Shown: positions 29,724 to 39,375, numbered from the stretch's first letter. The stretch is DNA of 64,000 bases from a bacterium (GCA_963693055.1 OY843751.1:3616001-3680000), one strand, 5' to 3'. A program made the numbers and translations. The notes: generated by a model not told the origin, from the letters alone.

Positions 29724-30737
29724 TTACTTTTTGGTTAATGATAATTCAAGGGAATTGTAACCACCCGCCGCATTCATATAGAACCCAACTCTGCCAGATT
29801 GTACATTAATATTCCCGACAGTACCACCCAAAACCCGATCCCCTTTTCTCAACTTTTTAATACGTCCGTGCTGATCCCTGATCAACACACTATTTGGGGT
29901 TATTGCTAAGACTTCTGTAGCTGGTGAAATTTCCGGTAATCCTAACGGATTTGATACAGCTGTTACATTACTGTTACCTTGTCCTCTTTCTGCTTGAGGG
30001 TTAGAATTTTCTAAAGTTACCAGTTCGTGAGAATATTCTGTTGATCTAACATTAACAGTCGACTGTTCTGCTTTTAATATATTGTCAATTGCTTCAGATA
30101 CTGAATTATCAACAAGACTTGCCAGCATTTCCGGTTTGCCAACATTCCGTCTCAAGCTATCCATTTCAAGACCTTTTTCTTTTCTAAAGCCCCAAACGCT
30201 TAATGCAAATGTCAATTCACCGCGGTTAGCTGCCCATTCTTCCTGCTTTTTCTGTTCTATTGGTATTCTATCCATACTGACCGATTGAATATTATAGAAA
30301 ATAGGTCCGTTTTCCAGGAACCATATCAATCGATAAAAATCTTCAAATTCTGACTCTCCTGACAACAAATAAGTATTTCGTTCAAAATCTTTAAATTTTT
30401 CTTTTACAACCAACTCTTGGTTTAATACAAGTTTTGAACTTGTATGGTCAATTTCTCGCAACATGTAATCAAAAGTCTCACCAGGAGATTCATTTCCGGC
30501 CAAAGCACCCAGCTTACCCAGGCTAAGATCACGCAAGTAATCATACTCTTGTGTAAGTTCATGACGGGTGATCTGCATCATTTTCAAATCATTCACGCGA
30601 TTTGTTTTTTGTTTAATCTCGGCTTCAAGACTGGTATGTTTTTTGGCCTGATAACCGTAAACATAATACAAACCGCCTATGAGAATAATCAGCCAGAAAA
30701 CAGCTATAAATATCGTATTTCGAATTACATATGGCAT
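29724..30737 (-). CDS. PilO-like protein with C-terminal PilP-like beta domain
   Basis: N-terminal TM helix and coiled coil, PilO-like GESEFEDFYRLIWFLEN, C-terminal SVLIRDQHGRIKKLRKGDRVLGGTVGNI. Confidence 0.6.
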   Translation of the reverse strand: MPYVIRNTIFIAVFWLIILIGGLYYVYGYQAKKHTSLEAEIKQKTNRVNDLKMMQITRHELTQEYDYLRDLSLGKLGALAGNESPGETFDYMLREIDHTSSKLVLNQELVVKEKFKDFERNTYLLSGESEFEDFYRLIWFLENGPIFYNIQSVSMDRIPIEQKKQEEWAANRGELTFALSVWGFRKEKGLEMDSLRRNVGKPEMLASLVDNSVSEAIDNILKAEQSTVNVRSTEYSHELVTLENSNPQAERGQGNSNVTAVSNPLGLPEISPATEVLAITPNSVLIRDQHGRIKKLRKGDRVLGGTVGNINVQSGRVGFYMNAAGGYNSLELSLTKK

Positions 30738-30738
30738 A

Positions 30739-32331
30739 TCAATAACTATCTTTTTTTAGTTCAACTGTCTCTTCCAAAGATTTGGGTTGCACAAAACAAT
30801 CAATGGTAACATTAATAAAAGATCGGTCTTCTTCAGCTGTATAAACCGCAGAAACCAAACTAAAATCTATATATCGTTCAAGTTTAACTACCTGCTCTCT
30901 GTTTTCCATTTTCAAATCAGCAACAAGATGAGAACGGTCTCTAACTTCCATTTTATATAGACTAAACGGACCAATTTCATTATAAGCCTGAGATAAAGAT
31001 TCAAGAGTAGATGCCCAACGAATCGTCTCTTTGGTCATAGAATCTATCAATGCAGTATTGTTTTTCATTGCTGTAATTTCTGCACGCAAGCTATCAACTT
31101 CGTGCGCAACAGATTTTAATCCATTTAGCTCATTATTGAGAAAAACTATATTAGACTTTGCCTTATTAATTTCAATATTATTACTGATACTTTTGCTGGT
31201 TACAAAAAAAGCACTGATAAACAGAAATACCAGCAGCAATAAACCCGGCCAACCAATTTTATAGACAGAAGTTTTATCACGAATTCTTGTTGGCAAAAAA
31301 TTCTGATTATATACAGTAGAATCGCGTTCATCCAGAATTTTGAGTGCCATAGCAATAGCGATACCATAAGATTCAGCCTGACTTGCAAACTGGTCCTGGT
31401 TCATTCCATAGCTGGCACGTGATGCATCAAAACGAATAATTTCCAATTCCGGTAAACGGTTTTTAAAATAAGCTTCCGCGTCCAGTCTTGATATTTCACC
31501 GGTAAGAACAATATTATTTAAAGAAGTTATATTACCTGAATCCAGCTCGAACAATATCTTAGAAAAAGCCGTATCACAAACAGTTTCAGAATCTGCACCT
31601 TCATGAATTGTTGGCAAAACAGTTTCAATTTCTTCACCCTTCATGAAAAATATTTTTGTAAATCCTTCAGCAAATACAATAACTGCGGTATGGTCTTCAT
31701 TTTCAAAATCATAATTTTTAATCAGTTCATGTGCCAGGGTAAATTCTATGGTATCTACCATTGATAAACGAACAGGGTCTGTACGCAAAATGGAAGTAGC
31801 TTCATCAAACAATGCGGCAAGCACCAGTGGATCATCATGAACTACGGAAAGATAAGAACCGTCTTGACGCTTCAAGTACCCAACATTTTCAAATTTTGCT
31901 TCGTTAACTGTACTTTCATAAAAATCAGACCAGATCACCTTTTTGATTTTTTTACGGTTACTTTCCTGAATATCACTGATATTTTTATATAATGTAAATG
32001 AATTGGAAAGATTAAATCCAATACGTGTTCCTTTTGGAATCAAATGATTAATAATATCTATTGTAGTATCAATATTGGTTTTACCATCATGCTTAATGCC
32101 ATTATCATCAAAATCTGCGGGTTTATCTTCCAGATCAATACCAAAGCCCTGGTCATCAAGTGCAAGCTTTTTATCTTCTTTGGGGCTTTCCATAGCATCA
32201 CGTTCTTCAAGTTGCTCACTCAAATGATATGTTTCAAGCGCTTCAATCTCTACCTCTTTACCGTTATTAACCAGTAACGCAGCTTTTAATTGATAATCAT
32301 CAATGAATATTCCTAATGCTCTTTTTTTCAT
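30739..32331 (-). CDS. PilM-PilN-like fusion protein
   Basis: ALGIFID actin-like start, IVLTGE, YGIAIAMAL (end of PilM-like part), then NFLP (PilN INLLP-like), a TM helix and a coiled coil. Confidence 0.65.
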   Translation of the reverse strand: MKKRALGIFIDDYQLKAALLVNNGKEVEIEALETYHLSEQLEERDAMESPKEDKKLALDDQGFGIDLEDKPADFDDNGIKHDGKTNIDTTIDIINHLIPKGTRIGFNLSNSFTLYKNISDIQESNRKKIKKVIWSDFYESTVNEAKFENVGYLKRQDGSYLSVVHDDPLVLAALFDEATSILRTDPVRLSMVDTIEFTLAHELIKNYDFENEDHTAVIVFAEGFTKIFFMKGEEIETVLPTIHEGADSETVCDTAFSKILFELDSGNITSLNNIVLTGEISRLDAEAYFKNRLPELEIIRFDASRASYGMNQDQFASQAESYGIAIAMALKILDERDSTVYNQNFLPTRIRDKTSVYKIGWPGLLLLVFLFISAFFVTSKSISNNIEINKAKSNIVFLNNELNGLKSVAHEVDSLRAEITAMKNNTALIDSMTKETIRWASTLESLSQAYNEIGPFSLYKMEVRDRSHLVADLKMENREQVVKLERYIDFSLVSAVYTAEEDRSFINVTIDCFVQPKSLEETVELKKDSY

Positions 32332-32335
32332 AATA

Positions 32336-33541
32336 TTAACTTAATAATTCCTGTGCACGTTTTTTATTGTTTGCAAAATTGATTGCATTTTGTTCTGTAA
32401 TTTTGCCTTGCTTAACCAGACGGACCAGGTCTTGTTCAAGAGTATTCATACCCAGTTTTCCGCCTTCAGCAATCATCTGATAAATTTCAGTAACATTTTT
32501 ATTACGAATAGCCGCACGTACTGAACTGGTAACCAGTAAAACTTCTTTTGCAAGTACCAGTTTCTGATCAATACCCGGAATCAACTTTTGCGAAATAACA
32601 ACTCTTAACTGATCTGCCAAACGCACGCGAACACGCTCTTGTTCAAATGTGGGACATTCAGCCACAATACGGTCAATGGTTTCTACTGCTGAACCGGTAT
32701 GCAAGGTTGAAAATACTTTATGGCCCGTATCTGATATTTCAAGACAGGTTACAATAGTTTCAGGATCACGCATTTCGCCTACTACAATAATATCAGGATC
32801 CTGTCGTAATGCCTGAACCGCACCATCCTTGAACGACAATACATCTCGCCCTACTTCTCGGTGACGGATGATACATTTTTTAGATTGATGAATATATTCA
32901 ATAGGATCTCCAACAATAACAATATGAGCATTGACCGTTTGATTATTGGCATCTACTATACTGTCCATTGTTGTACTTTTACCAGAACCGGTAATACCTG
33001 TTAATAAAACAATACCCTGCTTTTCATGAGCTAGTGATAAAGCTCTGGTAATGTTGGGATGAAAACCCAAATTTTTATAAGGATAAACATTGGTATTAAT
33101 AGCACGCATATTCAACGCAAGGTGCCCCAAATCTACATACATACTGGCACGCCAGCGCATCATACTTTGTTGATCAGATACAGCATAAGAAAAATCTAAT
33201 ACTCTGTCACTTATCAATGCTTCACGTTGTTTAGTAGAAAGCAGACTCTGGCACATGATATCGGTTTGATCTGTTGACCAATGCCCCAGTTCCTGACGTG
33301 GTACTTTACGCCCCTGTAATCTGAACCAGATATAATTCTGTGCGGTTACTCCCCCCATTTCAATATCAGAAGCATTCAATTTGCGCATAACCAACAAAAA
33401 CTCTTTATATTTATTCTGAAGAAAATAGGTTTCCTGAGGAGACAATTTATCCATTGCATCACTAAGATAACGCTGACGGTCTATACCCTCAGCGTGTGGG
33501 GGCAGTTGTTTTTTTACTTTATTAAAAATTTCTGGTAACAT
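32336..33541 (-). CDS. pilT: Type IV pilus retraction ATPase PilT/PilU family
   Basis: GITGSGKST, DPIEY, HREVG.D, ALRQDPDIIVVGEMRD, TGH.VFSTLHT, ISQKL, GMNTLEQDL. Confidence 0.92.
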   Translation of the reverse strand: MLPEIFNKVKKQLPPHAEGIDRQRYLSDAMDKLSPQETYFLQNKYKEFLLVMRKLNASDIEMGGVTAQNYIWFRLQGRKVPRQELGHWSTDQTDIMCQSLLSTKQREALISDRVLDFSYAVSDQQSMMRWRASMYVDLGHLALNMRAINTNVYPYKNLGFHPNITRALSLAHEKQGIVLLTGITGSGKSTTMDSIVDANNQTVNAHIVIVGDPIEYIHQSKKCIIRHREVGRDVLSFKDGAVQALRQDPDIIVVGEMRDPETIVTCLEISDTGHKVFSTLHTGSAVETIDRIVAECPTFEQERVRVRLADQLRVVISQKLIPGIDQKLVLAKEVLLVTSSVRAAIRNKNVTEIYQMIAEGGKLGMNTLEQDLVRLVKQGKITEQNAINFANNKKRAQELLS

Positions 33542-33547
33542 GATAAA

Positions 33548-34507
33548 TTAAACCTTTTCAACCATACAATTTTCGTCAAGATACTTTTTCTGATATTCAA
33601 TAATTTTATAAGGATCTATCAAATCGTGCTCACCATCACGATAGTGTTCTTCAATTTTTTCAATGATTGCGCGTATACGCCCCACACTGTTTTGGATGCT
33701 ATCTACGCGTTCAATATATGAGCTGCCTTCATCTCGCATCATTAACTCTGCGTTAACTGCCAGAATAGCAAGTGGGTTATTTAACTCATGCTGCAGGGTA
33801 CGCAAAATTTTATCAATAAAGATTCTTTTTTCAAGTTTCAATTTCTTGGAATATGTGGAAACCATTTCATTATTTTTCCGAATATACTCTGCATTTAATT
33901 TCATCAATTCAACATTCTGCATAATCAAAGTATTTGAAAGGAATGATGAAATAAAATAAACCAGAAATAATAGACAGGTATAAGATAAAATGGATTGGAT
34001 GTTCATACGCAAAAACATCAGAAAAGCTGGTAAAAGCTCAAAACTGGGCATTACTCTATTGTATTGGGTTAGGAACAAAACAGTTATCAAACCCAGCAGG
34101 CTGATATTGCTTGCCCAAAAACCTACACTTTTTCCCATTGTAATGCTGGAGGTTAAAACAGGTATTAGATACAGCCAGATCAATGGACTTTCTGTACCAC
34201 CTGTCATATAAATAACCATTGAAAAGATGCAGACATCCAGCAGATTGTGCAACAAGATGAAAAACCGATTATTCTTTAAAGAATCCAGCCAAAAACTGTA
34301 TGCCATGTTTAAAATCATAATGCCTATCAAAGTATATACAAAAGTATACTTGGGTAGAGTCATCTGTTTCAGGGCCAGTTGTATAATACCAATTGATAAA
34401 AAGCTAATGGTAGAAAACCAGCGTACATAATTCCACCACTTTAGGGTATTATGAATACTTTGATTTTCATCAAACTGATTGGGATTATTCTTAATGGATT
34501 TTTTCAC
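33548..34507 (-). CDS. PilS-like membrane sensor with HisKA domain but no ATPase domain
   Basis: About 6 TM helices with TGGTESP. H-box QHELNNPL, with the ORF ending about 80 aa later and no N/G1/F/G2 boxes. Confidence 0.65.
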   Translation of the reverse strand: MKKSIKNNPNQFDENQSIHNTLKWWNYVRWFSTISFLSIGIIQLALKQMTLPKYTFVYTLIGIMILNMAYSFWLDSLKNNRFFILLHNLLDVCIFSMVIYMTGGTESPLIWLYLIPVLTSSITMGKSVGFWASNISLLGLITVLFLTQYNRVMPSFELLPAFLMFLRMNIQSILSYTCLLFLVYFISSFLSNTLIMQNVELMKLNAEYIRKNNEMVSTYSKKLKLEKRIFIDKILRTLQHELNNPLAILAVNAELMMRDEGSSYIERVDSIQNSVGRIRAIIEKIEEHYRDGEHDLIDPYKIIEYQKKYLDENCMVEKV

Positions 34508-34535
34508 CGTGTTACCCTTTAAATAGTTAAACCAA

Positions 34536-35534
34536 CTAGTACATTACCCCGTCGACAGGTGTTTTAAGCTGTCTAACTTCTTCATTCATCCTGGCCACTC
34601 TTTCACAAGTGAGCATAAACTTTTTCGACATACATAAAATCACGTTCGCGGCATAACGCATAGCCAGATTCTTGTTATTCTGAAAATACTTTGCAAGATC
34701 AGATTTATTAATTACTATTAAATCAAAGCTTTCTTCAGATTTTAAAAGCAGCATAAAATTTGTTTTTCCTGATATAAATACAGAAGATTCTCCAATACTT
34801 TCTCCTGCTTTAAAATAACCTATCAAACTATTTCTGTACCAGCACGAAAGACTACCACTTTTTACAATGACCATCTCTTTGGTCGCATCAAGGATATAAT
34901 TTTCCCTAACCTGAACCGTTTTTCCCGTTCCCAGATCCAAAATACCTCTCACATGCTGGTCAGGCATATTGGAAAAAACAAAGGGGGTAAACGCAACAAT
35001 TTGTTGTTCCTGCACAACAGGTCTGGGAGCAGATTCCGGTCTGGCATGACCGTTTGTACCATTCGTACCATTGCTTCCATTCGTCCCATTATGTGGAACA
35101 GGCCTGCTTTGCACGCTTGATCCATTTTGTGGTTTACTTTCATCTTCCGGTTGTATATTAACAATAGCTGATTCCTTGTTAAAAAACTTGTTAATGTTGG
35201 TAACAAGATTTTTGGCTAACCCGGGTTTGGTAACAAATTCATTAGCACCGGCTTTGATTGCCTTTTGAGAGAAATTCTGACCACTGAACCCGGTAAATGC
35301 AATGATATGCGTTTGGGGTGATCGGGTCCTTAATTTCGAAATAATCTCAAGACCATTCATCTGACCCGGCAAAACCAGGTCTACCAGGGCCAAATCAAAG
35401 TTATTTGCGCCAGATTTCATCACTGCTTCGTCACCATCGGCGGCCGTAACCACTTCATAGCCCTCTAATCTCAACAATTCAGCCGAAGTTTCCCGCAAAT
35501 CCCGTTCATCATCAACTATTAATATCTTATGCAT
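34536..35534 (-). CDS. Response regulator (REC) with C-terminal cNMP-binding-like domain
   Basis: ILIVDDE, D in LVDLVLPG, FTG and TKP. NG-repeat linker. VKSGSL...GESIGE cNMP-fold motif. Confidence 0.75.
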   Translation of the reverse strand: MHKILIVDDERDLRETSAELLRLEGYEVVTAADGDEAVMKSGANNFDLALVDLVLPGQMNGLEIISKLRTRSPQTHIIAFTGFSGQNFSQKAIKAGANEFVTKPGLAKNLVTNINKFFNKESAIVNIQPEDESKPQNGSSVQSRPVPHNGTNGSNGTNGTNGHARPESAPRPVVQEQQIVAFTPFVFSNMPDQHVRGILDLGTGKTVQVRENYILDATKEMVIVKSGSLSCWYRNSLIGYFKAGESIGESSVFISGKTNFMLLLKSEESFDLIVINKSDLAKYFQNNKNLAMRYAANVILCMSKKFMLTCERVARMNEEVRQLKTPVDGVMY

Positions 35535-35552
35535 TCATAACCTCGTTTCACA

Positions 35553-37340
35553 TTATTCCATAGTTGCCGCAACAACTTCATCCATACAAGCCCTACCCTG
35601 CAACACGCGTGTCCGTGCAGCCGCCCTCAGTGAAACCATACCATATTTTATTGCACTCGCTCGAATTTTGTCATCATCCAGATCACCGGATGCTTCCAAA
35701 ATTATTCTTCGTATATCAGGTGTAAAAGGTAATACTTCATGAATTGCAACTCGACCGGAATACCCCTTACGACAACTATCACATCCCACCGGCTCATAAA
35801 TGGTTGCATTTTGTAACTCTTCATCCTTAAACCCAATTGAATTGGCAAACGCCATATCAATATTTTCAACGGGTTTCTTGCACTTGTCACATAAAGTACG
35901 CATCAAACGCTGTGCCACAACCAAATTGATAGCATAGGCGATGAGAAAAGGTTCTATACCCATTTTATATAAACGGGAAATAACGCTAACAGCATCATTG
36001 GTATGCAATGTAGAAAAAGTAAGGTGACCGGTGTTGGCAAGTTTAATACCAATCTCGGCTGTTTTTTGGTCACGAATTTCACCCACCATAACAATGTCAG
36101 GGTCGTGACGAAGAATAGCACGTATAGCTTTATCAAAATCCATCTTGTGGCTGATCTTTAACTGACGTGCTCCCTTAATATTATATTCCACAGGATCTTC
36201 AACAGTCAGTACATTAACTTCAGGAGTCATTACCTGATGCAATGCCGCAACAAGTGTGGTACTTTTACCACTACCGGTAGGACCCGTTAAAATAACCATT
36301 CCCTGGGGTTTCTTGATAGCTTTAATAAACTCTGCTCTTGCAAAACCATCAAAACCCAGTTTACCCAGATCGGTTATAACTTTACGGTCATCAAGCACAC
36401 GAATAACAACACTTTCATACTTGCGGGTAAACGCGCTTGATACAATGGGTACAATAGAAACACGAAAACGCAGCAGGTAATGGTCAATTTCTCGTTGAAT
36501 AAAACCATCTTGCGCGGTATCCCATTCAAACCGGTCAACATTACGGGTTCTGTCTTTAACCACTGCCAGAAAAGCTTCCGGTTTAACTCCGTCCTGGCGG
36601 TGCCACAATTGCAGCTTGCCGTCAATACGGAAATGGATTTCTGTAATGTTTCCTTCTTTGGGGATAATATGAATATCACTGGCACCTTTATGTACCGCTT
36701 CGATCAAACATCCCTCAAACAAGTTTACCAACAAACTTTTGTTAATAGCTGCCGTTAACTCGTCTTCATCCAGCCCTTTATCGTCCTCTTCCTCATCCAT
36801 CGATATAGACATCTCTTCAGTAACCTCTTTGAGGTTTTCAAGGAATTGGTTTTCATTGGGCATGGCTTTCTTGAGGATCTCTTCAACCTCTTCCAGCTTG
36901 CCATAAGCAAGTTCAAAGCGCTTAAAACCGGCTTGTCTGAGTAGTTGATCAATTGTACGGTCGGTTGGATCAGGAGTAATAAAGATGGTCACTTCATTAT
37001 TTTTTTCACTATATCCAAAGGGCAAGATCTTGCGGTTTACAAATGCATCCTGAACATTCTGTGGCAAGTTTTCATACATGCTTCGAATAAATTTTAACCA
37101 GCCTTCAGAAACAGATGCAGCATCTATTTTAATTTCACGAAAAGCATAAACCCGGCAAAACGCCTGGTATACCTTGTGACGATCATAACCTAATTCATTG
37201 ATTAATACATTTTCTAGACTCTGCTTTTTATCAGAGTTTTTTACAATATCGTTGACTTTGGCAAGGTCTTCCTGATTACAGAGACCTTCTCTGATCAACA
37301 TTTCAACAACTGTATTTGGAATTTGTGTATTTGCTATCAT
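35553..37340 (-). CDS. pilB: Type IV pilus extension ATPase PilB/GspE
   Basis: ASDIHI, RIDG, QDG, GPTGSGKST, EDPVEY, LRHDPDIVMVGEIRD, TGHLTFSTLHTND, zinc motif CDKC...CDSC. Confidence 0.95.
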   Translation of the reverse strand: MIANTQIPNTVVEMLIREGLCNQEDLAKVNDIVKNSDKKQSLENVLINELGYDRHKVYQAFCRVYAFREIKIDAASVSEGWLKFIRSMYENLPQNVQDAFVNRKILPFGYSEKNNEVTIFITPDPTDRTIDQLLRQAGFKRFELAYGKLEEVEEILKKAMPNENQFLENLKEVTEEMSISMDEEEDDKGLDEDELTAAINKSLLVNLFEGCLIEAVHKGASDIHIIPKEGNITEIHFRIDGKLQLWHRQDGVKPEAFLAVVKDRTRNVDRFEWDTAQDGFIQREIDHYLLRFRVSIVPIVSSAFTRKYESVVIRVLDDRKVITDLGKLGFDGFARAEFIKAIKKPQGMVILTGPTGSGKSTTLVAALHQVMTPEVNVLTVEDPVEYNIKGARQLKISHKMDFDKAIRAILRHDPDIVMVGEIRDQKTAEIGIKLANTGHLTFSTLHTNDAVSVISRLYKMGIEPFLIAYAINLVVAQRLMRTLCDKCKKPVENIDMAFANSIGFKDEELQNATIYEPVGCDSCRKGYSGRVAIHEVLPFTPDIRRIILEASGDLDDDKIRASAIKYGMVSLRAAARTRVLQGRACMDEVVAATME

Positions 37341-37342
37341 TT

Positions 37343-38689
37343 TTACATTCCCATTCCTGGTATTTTGGGTGAGAACACTGCAGTTTCAGAAGAAACTACG
37401 GTCAACAATGTCATCACAATCATGATGATCATTGAAACAAATACCTGGATCCAGTCCACAATGGCCTGCATCTTGTATTTGGATTCTTTTTCATAATAAC
37501 GAGCTATCTGCAAACTCACTTTTTTCAAAGTACCCGATTCAGCACCAGTATTAAAACGAGTGAGCGCATTATCAGTAAATACTTCTGCTGCTTTTAATGA
37601 TTCAACAAATCCTTTACCTTCTCTTACCATCATAGGTATTGTAATTTCTTTGATCTGTTTTTCCATATATTTATTTCTGCAAGCTTCAGCAGCAGTTCGA
37701 ATAACTTCAATATTTTCACCAGATCCACTGTACATGGAATTGAATACACGGCAAAAAATTTCAATCGAAGTTTTATGCATGATGGGTCCAAGTATTGGAG
37801 CTTTTATTGATATTTTGCCAACAACAACTTGACCCTTCTTGGTCACTGCCAGACGTAATAAAACGATAGGAGGAACAACCATTGCAAGTATAATCCACAC
37901 TATATTGGCTGTTAAGAAATGACTCATTTTCAAACTAAAATCAGTCATTGGGGGAAGCTCTGCACCAAAACTGGCAAACATTTCAGCAGTTTCGGGAAAA
38001 ATGTAACCGATATAAAATATAACAGCACCCAGCAACACCAGCATTGTAATTGATGGCATTAACAAAGCGCTTTTGATACTTTTTTGAAAATCATGAACGC
38101 GTTCTAAAAAGATAGCAGTATTTTCATAAACTTCTGCCATATTACCACTCTTGGAAGCAACACCCAACATCTTTGCCGGGAACTTGCCCAAAAAGGCTTC
38201 CTGTTTTCCAAAAACTTCTTCACCATCTTTACCATCTTTTAAATCGCTCAAGATCTCTTTAATAATCTTTTTCATGGACTTGTTATTGATGTCAGTTTCC
38301 AAAAGGGTCAAAATCTCATCAAAAGGAAGTTTCTCTCTCAACAAGTCTGCTGATAGACGAATAAAAGTAATAATATCGCCCTGTGGGGGTTTCATTCGAA
38401 CATCAATAAGACTTTTTTCAACATGGACGTTATCAAAGCCCATGCGTCTGAGTGCGAGTTCAACTTCTTCTTTTGAATAAGCCTGCTGTTCACCTCGAAT
38501 TGGAGAACCGCCCTGCCGGCTTACTTTATACAAATATGTTGCTTTCTTTTGTATAGAGTTGAGCGTAAAACCCTTCTGACGGGAGATAAGCGCAATCCTC
38601 TGTTTCGCTTCAGATTTGTTTTTGGCTTCAATAAACCCCGAAACACGCTTTTGATTGGGGGTCATTCCTGTATATCTAAATTCAGCCAT
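37343..38689 (-). CDS. pilC: Type IV pilus platform protein PilC (T2SS F family)
   Basis: MAEFRYTG..GFIEA, two T2SSF repeats (SGNMAEV, GAESGTL) with TM helices. Confidence 0.9.
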   Translation of the reverse strand: MAEFRYTGMTPNQKRVSGFIEAKNKSEAKQRIALISRQKGFTLNSIQKKATYLYKVSRQGGSPIRGEQQAYSKEEVELALRRMGFDNVHVEKSLIDVRMKPPQGDIITFIRLSADLLREKLPFDEILTLLETDINNKSMKKIIKEILSDLKDGKDGEEVFGKQEAFLGKFPAKMLGVASKSGNMAEVYENTAIFLERVHDFQKSIKSALLMPSITMLVLLGAVIFYIGYIFPETAEMFASFGAELPPMTDFSLKMSHFLTANIVWIILAMVVPPIVLLRLAVTKKGQVVVGKISIKAPILGPIMHKTSIEIFCRVFNSMYSGSGENIEVIRTAAEACRNKYMEKQIKEITIPMMVREGKGFVESLKAAEVFTDNALTRFNTGAESGTLKKVSLQIARYYEKESKYKMQAIVDWIQVFVSMIIMIVMTLLTVVSSETAVFSPKIPGMGM

Positions 38690-38713
38690 GGTTCTCTATT
38701 ATCTCCTTTTACT

Positions 38714-38747
38714 AAAAAAGGGCCCAGTGTGTTGCCGGGCCCTTTTT
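38714..38747 (-). terminator. Intrinsic terminator/attenuator between the major pilin and pilC
   Basis: AAAAAGGGCCC-N11-GGGCCCTTTTT with T tracts on both strands. Confidence 0.8.
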
Positions 38748-38866
38748 GATTCGAACATGATACTATAGTAATGATAGAGCTTTATTACTCTTTTATGATG
38801 TTAATCCAATTTGCCCAACTATAATTATCAATACATTCGTTAAATATCATTAGTTATTTACGATTC

Positions 38867-39295
38867 TTAACTGCCTGAAGAAACACGGTCAATAGAAGTA
38901 ATAGAAATGCTGTTAGCTTGAACTTCCATTACAACCTGAGCCACATTGCCGTCTTTGTCCTGGTAGGTTCCAACACCCTGCAAAGAAACTGCAGTTGCGG
39001 TTCCAGCGGTAGAAATAGTATAAGCGCCATTTTCAGTAGACCATGAAGTAGCTGAGCTACCTACTGGTGCCATGTCTTGCATTGCAATACCAACAAATGA
39101 ATTGCCGCCGCCACCCATACTGGTGGGTTTTACAAAATATTGTTGTGCTTTTGCAGCAAGGTTTGTCAAGTCATTAATGACTGCTTCCTGATTTGAAGAT
39201 GCAGCAGATGCACCAAACATTTGAATACCAACTACTACTGCAATACCTACAATAATTACAGAAAGAACGATGAGTAAAAGTTGCTGTTGACCCAT
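38867..39295 (-). CDS. Putative major type IV pilin, non-canonical and leaderless (MGQQQLLLIV...)
   Basis: 142 aa with an N-terminal hydrophobic alpha1 helix and amphipathic DL..LA..AQQYF. It has its own SD (AAGGAG) and terminator, and is the first gene of the pil locus. Confidence 0.75.
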   Translation of the reverse strand: MGQQQLLLIVLSVIIVGIAVVVGIQMFGASAASSNQEAVINDLTNLAAKAQQYFVKPTSMGGGGNSFVGIAMQDMAPVGSSATSWSTENGAYTISTAGTATAVSLQGVGTYQDKDGNVAQVVMEVQANSISITSIDRVSSGS

Positions 39296-39375
39296 TATAA
39301 ACTCCTTTTGTTAATTAAATGTGTTTGTTTTGTTTTTATTTTATTTTTAATTATTTCCAATTTCACTAATGTTTT

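Noticed and set aside
22647-39295. Classification as T2SS or Tad
   Set aside because: A PilT-family ATPase alongside PilB and a single PilC argues for a retractile T4P-like system. No TadA/TadB/TadC/RcpC-like genes are seen.
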